NCBI GenBank assembly: GCA_043803815.1
Contig: JAZDJR010000014.1
Coordinates: 40,389 to 104,388 of the forward strand
Direction of reading: 5' to 3'
Length of the DNA: 64,000 nucleotides
Source of the DNA: Candidatus Micrarchaeota archaeon
GTDB taxonomy: Archaea > Iainarchaeota > Iainarchaeia > Iainarchaeales > JAGVWC01
Of the stretch, positions 16,265-25,354 are shown in pieces (within the stretch, counting starts at the first letter, position 1; each line of letters begins with the position of its first letter). The position numbers were made by a program, and so were the translations under genes. The notes under the pieces were generated by a model. That model saw only the letters and a list, made by a program, of their open reading frames with translations. It made no database searches and was not told the DNA's origin.

Positions 16265-18709
16265 TTATTGGAATGCCCCAAGCCCGGTTTGTTTTCCCCC
16301 GTGAATCAGGTCTTCTTTTTTCACTCCAAGTTCGCTTAAGATTTTGATGACCGCGGGAATTACCTGGTTTTCGATGTAATAGTCCGCGTCGTAGTTTCCT
16401 TCACTGACGAATTCTTCCAGGTTGGCTTTGTCGGAAATCGTTTTTCCGTTTTTGGTGATGATATAGCCTAAGACCGAGCCGACTTCGATTTGTTTTCCTT
16501 TTTCCATTGCGCGCTTGGCGGCTTCAATGTGCGGCTCTTTGGCGTCGTACTGGTCCACGGGTTTTACCAGCTGCGTCAGCACGACCAGTTCTTTTTTCGG
16601 GACTTTGCCGGATTTGAGCTCTAAAATGGCCTGCTTGGCAATGGCAATGGCTTTGTCGGAATTTCCGTCTTTGAGCAATGCCTCGATGACTTTTTTTTGG
16701 GTTTGCTTGGCAATGTTGCTCCAGTCGCGGCGGACATATTCAAACCCCACGATTTTGAGGTTATCCTTGTAATCCATCAAGGCATAGCGTTTTTTGGCGG
16801 CCTGGCCTTCTTTTTTCGCGACAAAAATTGCTCGCTTGTAAAAACCCTCTAGTTCCAATTCCATCGATTCCGGCAATTCGGAATTAATTTTTTTAACAAA
16901 ATTTTTTACATCCTCTTGGGTTTTGGAAGAGGAAACTTTGATGAAGCATCCGTCGGTGTCCCCGTATAAAACCGCGAATCCGCTGCTTTCCGCCTTGTGC
17001 ATGACTTCGCGGATATAATGCCTGCTCCAGGACGTAATCGCGCGGGCGCATTCGCGCGAATACCAGCGAAAGCGCGCAAAGCCAAGGGTTCCGTAAAACG
17101 AATTCAGAATGATTTTTAAGGCCCATTGGCGGGCAAACACCATCGGGTATTCGGAGTCTTTTTTGTCGAGTAATTGCGAGCGTTTTTTGTATTCCGAGCG
17201 CTTTTTGAGCAGGTCCGAAACGATTGAAACGATAAATCCGGATTTTTTTTCGCAGAACCAGTCCTGGTCGGGAGAAACGTTTTTTCCTTTGGCACAAGAC
17301 TCGTGGTCGCACTTTAGGGTGTCGGGCGAGATGTTGTGCGCGATAATGATGCTTGGGTGAAGGGAGCGAAAGTCGAGCACCGCGATGTTCTCGTGCAATC
17401 CCGCAATGGGCTCTTTGACAAAGCCGCCGATGTACGTGGACAGCATGCGCTGCTTGACAACGGTTTCGGACGGCTTGTTTGGGGAAAGCGTCTGGGTTTC
17501 GCTTGATTTGATAAACAGCAATTGCTCGACCAATTGGGACGCGCTCGTGCGCGACAAGTCAAACAGGTTAAAGCGCACCAAACGGCAAAACTCGACCATT
17601 AGCGGCCAGTATTGTTCCACGATTTTTAAGGTGTACGCGGAGTCTTCCAGGTTATAGGTGAACAGTTCGTCAAGCCCTTTTTCCGAGTCCCAGATTTGGT
17701 TGATTTCGTGGGCTTTTATTTTTGTTTTATCGGCTTTGAACAGGGCATTGGCAACGGATTCCAGGTCAAACTTGACCAGGCTGACTACTCCAAGGCGCGA
17801 AAGCAAAAGCAATAACTGATAGGCGTCCACGTGCTGGATTCCTTTTAACCGCACCGCGTTGTCCGTTCCTTTGCGCTTGGTAATCGGTTCGGAATTTTCA
17901 AACCCCATGGGAGAACGGATATTGTAGTATTTGGCGCGCTTGGTCAGGTAGGGAAAATCGAACGAGTCGCCGTTATACGTGACAATGATGTCCAAATCCA
18001 GTTTTGAAAGCGCTTCAAAAAAACCCAAAATCATTTCTTTTTCATTTTCAAATATGCGCGCATTTTTGTTTTTTTTCCACTGGGCTTTGGTAGAAAACAC
18101 AAGGGTTTCTTTTTGCGAAACCAAACTAATCATCAAAATAGGGTCTTTTTCAGGCTGGGAAAATCGCCCCGGAGAATACGTTTCAAGGTCAAAGGAAGCC
18201 ATGGAAAGCGTCGGCATTTCCTGAATTTTGGACTGAAAAATTTTTTGAATCCATTTTGTTTTTTCTTTTCTTTTTTCCTCGTATTCGATTTCAACCGCGC
18301 TGGTCGGCGACAATCCGCGGTCAATCAGGTAACGCTTGAAAAACGGAATGTCGTACTCGGCGGTTTTGAGTTCGTTCCAGTTGTGCAGTTCATTTCGCGT
18401 TTCCACTAATTCGCCGGTGTTTTTGAATTCCAATCGCAAGGCGTTTTCCGCGTTGGTTTTTTTTTCTTTTGAAATTGACTGGATGCGGACCCTTGTTTCT
18501 CCGAAGGTTGCGTTTTTGAGTTTTTCAACCAGTTTTTCAGGGTCTATTTTTTCGGTTTGCACGGGAACAACGTAAAAATACGGGGCAAAATCGGGAACCA
18601 AAAACCGTTCCAATCCGTTTTTGGTGCGGACAAACAATTCGATTCGCGAAACATTGTCCGAACCCGTTACGTAATCCGCGTCCAGTAATACTCCGGTTGT
18701 TTTGGGCAT
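16265..18709 (-). CDS. polB: Family B DNA polymerase (PolB3-like)
   Basis: Exonuclease motifs FDLET, YNGDSFD, YNLED. Polymerase motifs DFRSLHPS, KIILNSFYG, YGDTDG, KKRY. C-terminal PIP box KQTGLGAF. No intein. Confidence 0.96.
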   Translation of the reverse strand: MPKTTGVLLDADYVTGSDNVSRIELFVRTKNGLERFLVPDFAPYFYVVPVQTEKIDPEKLVEKLKNATFGETRVRIQSISKEKKTNAENALRLEFKNTGELVETRNELHNWNELKTAEYDIPFFKRYLIDRGLSPTSAVEIEYEEKRKEKTKWIQKIFQSKIQEMPTLSMASFDLETYSPGRFSQPEKDPILMISLVSQKETLVFSTKAQWKKNKNARIFENEKEMILGFFEALSKLDLDIIVTYNGDSFDFPYLTKRAKYYNIRSPMGFENSEPITKRKGTDNAVRLKGIQHVDAYQLLLLLSRLGVVSLVKFDLESVANALFKADKTKIKAHEINQIWDSEKGLDELFTYNLEDSAYTLKIVEQYWPLMVEFCRLVRFNLFDLSRTSASQLVEQLLFIKSSETQTLSPNKPSETVVKQRMLSTYIGGFVKEPIAGLHENIAVLDFRSLHPSIIIAHNISPDTLKCDHESCAKGKNVSPDQDWFCEKKSGFIVSIVSDLLKKRSEYKKRSQLLDKKDSEYPMVFARQWALKIILNSFYGTLGFARFRWYSRECARAITSWSRHYIREVMHKAESSGFAVLYGDTDGCFIKVSSSKTQEDVKNFVKKINSELPESMELELEGFYKRAIFVAKKEGQAAKKRYALMDYKDNLKIVGFEYVRRDWSNIAKQTQKKVIEALLKDGNSDKAIAIAKQAILELKSGKVPKKELVVLTQLVKPVDQYDAKEPHIEAAKRAMEKGKQIEVGSVLGYIITKNGKTISDKANLEEFVSEGNYDADYYIENQVIPAVIKILSELGVKKEDLIHGGKQTGLGAFQ

Positions 18710-18762
18710 AAATGCTCTTTTTGTAATAAGGCAAGATTCCTTATTTAAGGGCAATAGGGCTC

Positions 18763-18914
18763 TTGGGGGTTGCCGGGTTTGGATTGGGTTGTTCCGCGAG
18801 GAAACGGTATACCGGAATCGTGCAGTCCATGAATTCAAGTGAAAATGGGCTTTTCACCAAAGATTCAGTTCCACGAGGGCTTCATGAATACTCGCCATGT
18901 CCAAACAACCCCAA
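18763..18914. ncRNA. Candidate structured RNA of unknown class
   Basis: Ends pair (ttggggg-ttg...gtttgga with tccaaac-aacccc-aa). Internal hairpins ttcc-gcga-ggaa, gtgaaaa-tgggc-ttttcac and tcgtg/cacga. Confidence 0.4.
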
Positions 18915-18978
18915 ATCGATTATACGTTAATTATAATTAACACAGATTTATCTAGTTTGGGCTTTTTTAGCCGAGGCG

Positions 18979-21900
18979 TTACGGTGCCGTGTTCCCCTGT
19001 TCGTCGGTTTTGAGTATCCAAAAGTCGGTGTTGTTGCTTGTAATAGATTTTTGGCTGGCTATGATGTATCCGTTGTCATTGGTGTTTTGGACGCTCATGC
19101 CGTAGTCCGTATAACTTCCGCCGTAGTTTTTGTTCCAATCCATGTTTCCGAGGGAATTGGTTTTAATGAGCCATAAGTCGGTTCCGTTTCCGCTTTTTTG
19201 GCCGGTTAGGATGTATCCGTTGTCGGGGGTTTGTTGGACAAAGTAGGCTCGGTTGTCTCCGCTGGTTCCGAATGTTTTCTGCCATTGTTGGTTTCCGGTT
19301 GAGTCGGTTTTGATTAGCCATGCAGCCCCCTGTCCGCCGCCTAATCCGAATACCGCTGCGAGAACGTAACCGCCGTCGGTTGTGGTGTCAACGGAGTACG
19401 CGATTTCGCTCATGCTTGTGGTTCCGAATGTTTTTTCCCATTGGAAAACGCCTTGTAAATTGATTTTTACGAGCCAGGCATCAACCATATTTTGGGTGGT
19501 GTCGCCTGAAATAATGTATCCGTTTGGGGTTGCCTTGATTTGGGTTCCTTCGTTATCCCCGCTTCGGCTTAGGCGCAATGCAAAAGTATGGTTGTTGGTG
19601 TCGGTGCAGTTTCCGGTTGTTCCATAGTTGCACGTGTTTCCTTGGGAATTGGTTTTGATTATCCATAAGTCAGAGCCTTGGCTTCCGAATGATTTGGTGA
19701 ATCCTGCCAGGATGTATCCTCCGTCGCTGGTTTTTTGGATTGATTTGAATCGGTCGTCGCCTGTTCCGCCGAATGTTTTTTGCCATTGTTGGTTTCCAAA
19801 TGAATCGGTTTTGACGAGCCATGCGTCGAAGTTTCCTGCTCCGCTGGATTTGGTGTAGCCTGCCAATAAGTATCCGTTGTCATTGGTTTGTACGAGTTCT
19901 TCCGCGTAATCATATTGGGTTCCGCCGAATGTTTTGTTCCAGTCCATGGTTCCGTTTGGTTGCAGTTTGATTAGCCAGGCGTCCACGTCAGCGTCGTTCG
20001 GTTGGGTGGTTCCAATCGCAATGTATCCAAAGTCGGCTGTTTGTTGGGCGAAATATGCCCTGTCCGGTTTTGAACCGCCAAAGGTTACATTGAATGTTGG
20101 CGTTGGTGGTGCTTGGGTTTCTTCGCAGTCGTAACAGCCGGTTAATTGTTTGTCGTGGTGGAAGCGCGGCCACTGCTGGTTTTCTGAAACAAAGGGAGAA
20201 TCCGTGTCCCAGACATATAGCGAACCGCGGAATTTGTCCATGTGGGTTTGAGGGTTATAATCCCAGTTCGAACTGGCGGCGATTTCCACTTTCGAATCGC
20301 GGTCCAAGTCGACGATGACTGCCGGTGCTTGCGCGTCGACATCGGTAAACAAGGGAAACCCATCAAGTGTTTCGCCGGTGAATGTCCAACCGTAGACTCC
20401 TCCGCCTCCAAAAGTCCAACTGCCCGCGGTGGTGGCCAAGGCCTTATTTCCTTGGTTAAGGCTTCCAACTACGGGGGAGTAATAGTCCCTCCAAGAAGTG
20501 TATTTGGGCCAGCCGGGTAGGGTTTCGCCGTTCGAGTTGAAAATATGCGTATATTGGGAAAGGTTGCTTGCGACGATTTCCAAATGGCGGTCCCCATCGA
20601 GGTCAAACAATGCTGGAGTGGACTGGTATTTTTTTCCCATTTGTTGTGGCCATCCCGGCAGTTCCTGGCCTTGGCGGTTGAAAGCATGGATTCCCCCGAA
20701 TTGGTTGTCGGGGAAAGTGTCGGAATTGTACAAGAGTCCGATGATGATTTCCTGCATTCCGTCGTTTTGCAAATCGCCAACTACAGGAGAGGAAAGCGCG
20801 AATCCCGGCAGGGTTATAGGCCAGCCGTTCACAGGAGTTCCATTGCGGTTGTAGACTCCCAGTATTCCGTTGTTTACCCATTGCTGACCGTCGAAGAAGC
20901 TGTCCGCAGTACTCACCACGATTTCGAGGTCGGGATCGTCATCAAAATTTCCCATGGCGGGAACCCCGCTTATGCTGCCAAACAAATTGGAATGTGGTAA
21001 ACCCCATTGGGAAAGAATGGTTCCAGTGGAGGAAAGTACAGTGACCAGTTCATTGCCGTAAGGATTTAAATTTCCCTTGACGATTATTTCGATACTTCCG
21101 TCGCGGTCCAAATCCGCGGCTGCAAGGTTGTTCTTATAATCAAAGGGCAAAGTCATTGGCCAGCCATTGACCAACGTACCGTCGCTGTTGAAAGCGAAGA
21201 TTTTGGAATACGCTTGCTCGGGTTGTATATAATCGTCATAATAGTCACCGACCACGAGTTCATCCAAGCCGTCGTTATCCAAATCGATTAGGAGCGGGTG
21301 TTGGAGATTGCTGCCCTGGCCATCATTGGTTCCCACAGAGATGACGGAAAGTAACGTGCCGCTTTCATTGAAAATTTTGATTTTTGGGGGGTGTCCACCT
21401 GTGTAAACGGCGTATTCCAAATTGGCATCGCCGGTCACATTGCCGATGACTGGTTCTATTAACCCCGGCCAAATCGGGTAGGTTTCACCCCAGTCGGTAA
21501 ATATTTCATTTGGAATATGGACCGGCCAATTGTTTTTGAGGGCGGGGTCGCTATACAAATAGTCCAGTTGGAGGGAATCGGTTAACCCGGGCACGAAAGT
21601 GATGAGGGCACGGATTTTGACTGTTCCTTTTTCGGTCATGAATCCGGGGGCAATGGTGGCCGAAAGGTTGGCGGGGTTGGTGGTTACGCTCTGCGAGGTC
21701 CAATCGGAGGGAGGTACTTGGTATTGCACGACGAAGTTTTGGATTTCGAGGTTGTTGGTGTTTTCGATGGCTATTTGTGTTGTCTTGTTGGGGTTTAGGA
21801 TGTCCCCTTCCATCGGTTCGATGAATTGGAAGCGCTCGATTTTGAAAATTCCATAATCGTTGAAGGAATTGTTGCTATCTTCGATGGCCTGCAGTCGCAA

Positions 21901-23946
21901 CAAATATCGACCTTGGGGCAGTGTGAGCGTGGAAAAATTTTCCATGAGAATACCGTTGGATGGGATTTGGGTGGATTCGGTTATGGTGTCCCAGTCGCTT
22001 TCCGAATATTCATTGAGATTTTTTTCGATGGCGATAGCCAGCGTATAGCGGGTGAAATCCGTGCCGGCAATCCGACCGGTGATATTGAACGTGTTTTGGT
22101 CTTGGGGCAGGGGGTCGAGCTGAACCTCAAGGGCTTTTTGTAGCCGGACGGCTTGCAAGGCATTTACAAGGCCGGTTCCTTGGGAGGTTATTTTTTCGGA
22201 AGCCGGCAGTAGTTCCGCGGTTTTTTTAATCGCGGTTTTGACTTGCAAAGGCGACCAACCAGGATGCGCCTGTTTTACGAGTGCTGCAAGGCCTGCTGTG
22301 TGCGGAGTTGCCATCGAGGTTCCGGAAATCGCGACGTGCTGGTCATCCAAGCATTCATTGCTTGACCAAGCGTTGTCCCATTGGGCAGCGCAAATCGAAA
22401 CTCCCGGAGCCACAATATCGGGTTTTACAAGGGAAACTGTTTCGTTGTTTTCGTTGGTCCAAATGACTGGTCCGCGTGAACTGAAATAGGCCATGTTTTT
22501 TTGTTTGTCAACCGCGCCAACCGTAATGGCGTTTCTTGCGGTTCCAGGGGAACCAATAGTTTGTTCGCTGGAGCCTGAATTGCCCGCCGCGATTGCGGCA
22601 ATAACTCCCGCATTGACTGCGTTGTCAATCGCTTGGCTTAATTCGTCGTCCGGGTTTCCCTCTCCGCCCAGGCTCAAATTGATTACATCCAAATGGTCGC
22701 TTGTATCCCCATTCTGGTTGGGGTCTGTGCTGTATTCAATGCCATTGAGGATTGCCGAGTAGGGGCAGCTTCCATATGAATCGCATACCTTGTAGGAATA
22801 TATTGTGGCTTCTGGTGCTACTCCTTTTAGTGTTCCGTTTCCGGCTGCGGTTGCGGCTACGTGGGTTCCGTGGCCCATGTCATCCATGGGGTCTAAATCA
22901 TTATTGACAAAATCGTATCCTCCGATTACTTTGCATCCGGTTCCAAAGCAGCCGCCTAAATCGGGGTGGGTGTAGTCTACTCCGGTGTCGATGATTCCGA
23001 TTTTGATTCCTTGTCCGGTCAAGCAGTCGTTGGTTCGAATTGTATTTCTGGGGCAGGCTGTGGCGGGAATTGGTTTGGATGGCAATATGCTGTTGCCGGT
23101 TAAGGGGGATTGGTTTTCGGTTTCTGAAATCCCGGTCGGTGTATTGGATGAGTTTTCGGTCGGTATTTTGGTTGGAATGCATTTGGTGCTGCAGGTTTGT
23201 CCTTGGGCGTTTATTTTCCACACGTCATCCGCGTGGATGAGGGGAACCGAGTCCATGAGGTTGGTGTGGGCAATGTAGTTGGGGGATATTTTGAAAGAAT
23301 TATTTTTGACAAATTCCAATTGTTCTTTTGGGATTTTGACGGCAAACCCGTTGAACACGAGTTTGTACGAGTTTTTGATTTGTACTCCCGCGTATTGGGT
23401 TAGGGTTTGGCGTGCTTGGTTTTGCTGGGTTTCGAGTACCTGTTTGTAAGCGGTTAATTCGCTTGTGATTTGTTCGGACGTTGCCTTGTTTTTTTCAAGT
23501 TCAATTTTTTTTTCAATGATTGATGGGCCTAGCGTGATAATGTATTCGTTTGGAACAACGCTCGCGAGTTTGTCGGTTTTTTGGGTAATTATTTCGCCGG
23601 CTTCGACGGTTTGGTTTTTGTAAATTTCTTGTTGGTTGGCTATGCGGGTAAAATAAGCGCCTTTGGGAAAAACTCCTTTGAGAACGGTTTGGTTTCCGCT
23701 TTGTTCGGTCCAATAAACCAGTTCGGGATTTGCTGAATCGGATTGCAAAGAATTGGGGGGTCGGGAATTGGATTGGGGGTTTTCAACGGGGTTGGGAAGC
23801 AATTGGTTGGGGCTTGCAGAACCCGTGTTTTTTGGGATGGCCTGACCGAATTGTGGAAAGCCGGTCAAAAAGAGGCTGATAATGATTAAAGCGGCCAGTG
23901 CAATAATCGTTATTCTCATGAATGGCTGGGATAACTGACTTGGCAT
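18979..23946 (-). CDS. Large secreted S8 subtilase with I9-like prodomain, FG-GAP-like repeats and C-terminal beta-propeller repeats
   Basis: Catalytic triad IIDTG, HGTHVA, SGTSMATP; repeated DLDxDG..EI / GWP units; repeated W.KTFGG...QQT.DGGYI units; N-terminal hydrophobic signal. Start could be 23919. Confidence 0.93.
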   Translation of the reverse strand: MPSQLSQPFMRITIIALAALIIISLFLTGFPQFGQAIPKNTGSASPNQLLPNPVENPQSNSRPPNSLQSDSANPELVYWTEQSGNQTVLKGVFPKGAYFTRIANQQEIYKNQTVEAGEIITQKTDKLASVVPNEYIITLGPSIIEKKIELEKNKATSEQITSELTAYKQVLETQQNQARQTLTQYAGVQIKNSYKLVFNGFAVKIPKEQLEFVKNNSFKISPNYIAHTNLMDSVPLIHADDVWKINAQGQTCSTKCIPTKIPTENSSNTPTGISETENQSPLTGNSILPSKPIPATACPRNTIRTNDCLTGQGIKIGIIDTGVDYTHPDLGGCFGTGCKVIGGYDFVNNDLDPMDDMGHGTHVAATAAGNGTLKGVAPEATIYSYKVCDSYGSCPYSAILNGIEYSTDPNQNGDTSDHLDVINLSLGGEGNPDDELSQAIDNAVNAGVIAAIAAGNSGSSEQTIGSPGTARNAITVGAVDKQKNMAYFSSRGPVIWTNENNETVSLVKPDIVAPGVSICAAQWDNAWSSNECLDDQHVAISGTSMATPHTAGLAALVKQAHPGWSPLQVKTAIKKTAELLPASEKITSQGTGLVNALQAVRLQKALEVQLDPLPQDQNTFNITGRIAGTDFTRYTLAIAIEKNLNEYSESDWDTITESTQIPSNGILMENFSTLTLPQGRYLLRLQAIEDSNNSFNDYGIFKIERFQFIEPMEGDILNPNKTTQIAIENTNNLEIQNFVVQYQVPPSDWTSQSVTTNPANLSATIAPGFMTEKGTVKIRALITFVPGLTDSLQLDYLYSDPALKNNWPVHIPNEIFTDWGETYPIWPGLIEPVIGNVTGDANLEYAVYTGGHPPKIKIFNESGTLLSVISVGTNDGQGSNLQHPLLIDLDNDGLDELVVGDYYDDYIQPEQAYSKIFAFNSDGTLVNGWPMTLPFDYKNNLAAADLDRDGSIEIIVKGNLNPYGNELVTVLSSTGTILSQWGLPHSNLFGSISGVPAMGNFDDDPDLEIVVSTADSFFDGQQWVNNGILGVYNRNGTPVNGWPITLPGFALSSPVVGDLQNDGMQEIIIGLLYNSDTFPDNQFGGIHAFNRQGQELPGWPQQMGKKYQSTPALFDLDGDRHLEIVASNLSQYTHIFNSNGETLPGWPKYTSWRDYYSPVVGSLNQGNKALATTAGSWTFGGGGVYGWTFTGETLDGFPLFTDVDAQAPAVIVDLDRDSKVEIAASSNWDYNPQTHMDKFRGSLYVWDTDSPFVSENQQWPRFHHDKQLTGCYDCEETQAPPTPTFNVTFGGSKPDRAYFAQQTADFGYIAIGTTQPNDADVDAWLIKLQPNGTMDWNKTFGGTQYDYAEELVQTNDNGYLLAGYTKSSGAGNFDAWLVKTDSFGNQQWQKTFGGTGDDRFKSIQKTSDGGYILAGFTKSFGSQGSDLWIIKTNSQGNTCNYGTTGNCTDTNNHTFALRLSRSGDNEGTQIKATPNGYIISGDTTQNMVDAWLVKINLQGVFQWEKTFGTTSMSEIAYSVDTTTDGGYVLAAVFGLGGGQGAAWLIKTDSTGNQQWQKTFGTSGDNRAYFVQQTPDNGYILTGQKSGNGTDLWLIKTNSLGNMDWNKNYGGSYTDYGMSVQNTNDNGYIIASQKSITSNNTDFWILKTDEQGNTAP

Positions 23947-24098
23947 GGTTTTCAACAAAACCGTGTCTTTCAGTCTTTTTATTCGTTCCTTTTTTGCGTT
24001 TTTCCTCATTAAACCGACTTTAATTAAAACGCAGCGACAATTAAAAAAACGGGGTGTAAAGGGTTTTAAAGTTAAAACGCGTTATTTTAGCGGTTTTT

Positions 24099-24563
24099 AT
24101 GGCTCATGAGCGTCCCCAGCAAAAGGTTTCCGGCCAGCAGGCGATGAACGCGTTTGGCTCGATTCAGGCGGACATTAGGGCCCTTAATTCGTCGGTTTTA
24201 CTCTTGAGCCAAAAAATGCAGTATTTGGTGCGCAATGAAAAAATTTTGGGGCGCAATTTGATTGTGCTTTCCAAGCGCTTAAAAGAAAGGGAAACCGAAG
24301 GCCTTGAAAAAAGCGGGGGGCAACTGCCGCCCCAGTTTTTGCAGGAATTTTCAGAGGTTAAAACCAAAGTCGAGTCGCACGAACGCACGTTACTCGAGCT
24401 TCAAAACGATGTTGCCGAAATCAAGGACCGCTATGCCAAAGCCGATTCCGTCAGCGAACTCAAATATGTGATTGACGCGATTAACCCCTTGGAATTCGTC
24501 ACCGTAAAACAGGTTCAGGAATTATTGGAAAAAGAAAAAAGCGCTGTTCAAAAGAAAAAATGA
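24099..24563 (+). CDS. Hypothetical coiled-coil protein
   Basis: 154 aa with heptad pattern; TTTAAA upstream consistent with a near-leaderless transcript. Confidence 0.75.
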   Translation: MAHERPQQKVSGQQAMNAFGSIQADIRALNSSVLLLSQKMQYLVRNEKILGRNLIVLSKRLKERETEGLEKSGGQLPPQFLQEFSEVKTKVESHERTLLELQNDVAEIKDRYAKADSVSELKYVIDAINPLEFVTVKQVQELLEKEKSAVQKKK

Positions 24564-24574
24564 TTTGTAAAAAA

Positions 24575-24700
24575 TTAACTGTTCAGGATTTTGAATAATT
24601 CTTTCTCGCTTAAACAGCGGCCTTTTTTAATTTCCTGACGAATATTTTCCAGTTCTTCCATCTTCTTTTTGCCAAGTCGAATTATACGCATATTTTTCAT
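24575..24700 (-). CDS. Small 41-aa ORF, possible antitoxin-like fragment
   Basis: MKNMRIIRLGKKKMEELENIRQEIKKGRCLSEKELFKILNS; TTTAAA upstream. Confidence 0.35.
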   Translation of the reverse strand: MKNMRIIRLGKKKMEELENIRQEIKKGRCLSEKELFKILNS

Positions 24701-24781
24701 TTGAATAACGGCTTAAAAGTTTAAAACTGTTTCGCGAAAAGCCGGCTATCCGCACCCAATCGCCGCAGGGCTGTTTTTGGT

Positions 24782-25351
24782 TTATTTGATTTCCAGCTTT
24801 TTTTTGAGGCGTTCGATGGTTTCAAGGCCGTGCGAAACTTGAGGCAACATTCCGATGATGATGCGCCGGATTCGTCGTGCCATGATGACGTCAAATTGGC
24901 CGGATTGGCAGGTAATGGCGGAATTGCAATGCTGGTAAATCCGGCATAATCGGTTTTTCGATTGGTGCAAGTCTTGCTCGGCTTTTCGGATGGCGTTCGG
25001 CGTGGGCCGGATGCCTCCCCTGTTCAGGAACCGTTCAAAACGGTCGAGTTCGGGAATGGTTTGGGAAATGCGGTCGGATCCTTTTTTGATTTCGTCGGCG
25101 AATTGTGCAAGTTTGTTTGCTTTGCGTTTGGGTCCAATGCTCTTTTTTCGGGCTTTGGCGAATTCGGCTTGCAACACCGCCAAGTCCTGCGGGGGGCGAT
25201 TGGCAAAAAAATTGTTTTGGGCGACCAATGCTCCGATGGTCACGGGTTTTTTGGATTGCAATAGGGAGTTCAAGTTTTTGGCCATGCGCCGCGCACTTTT
25301 GCGAAGGCTTTTTTCGCGTTGTTTTCCGGTTTTCCAAATTCGCTTAGGCAT
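24782..25351 (-). CDS. Hypothetical highly basic helical protein
   Basis: 189 aa, Lys/Arg-rich; starts 3 nt after the stop of the ATPase-like gene. Confidence 0.65.
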   Translation of the reverse strand: MPKRIWKTGKQREKSLRKSARRMAKNLNSLLQSKKPVTIGALVAQNNFFANRPPQDLAVLQAEFAKARKKSIGPKRKANKLAQFADEIKKGSDRISQTIPELDRFERFLNRGGIRPTPNAIRKAEQDLHQSKNRLCRIYQHCNSAITCQSGQFDVIMARRIRRIIIGMLPQVSHGLETIERLKKKLEIK

Positions 25352-25354
25352 GCA

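Noticed and set aside
18763-18914. RNase P RNA (GAGGAAAC on plus, AACCCGGC on minus)
   Set aside because: The two motif-like pieces are on opposite strands and no P4 pairing can be formed; kept only as an unknown structure.
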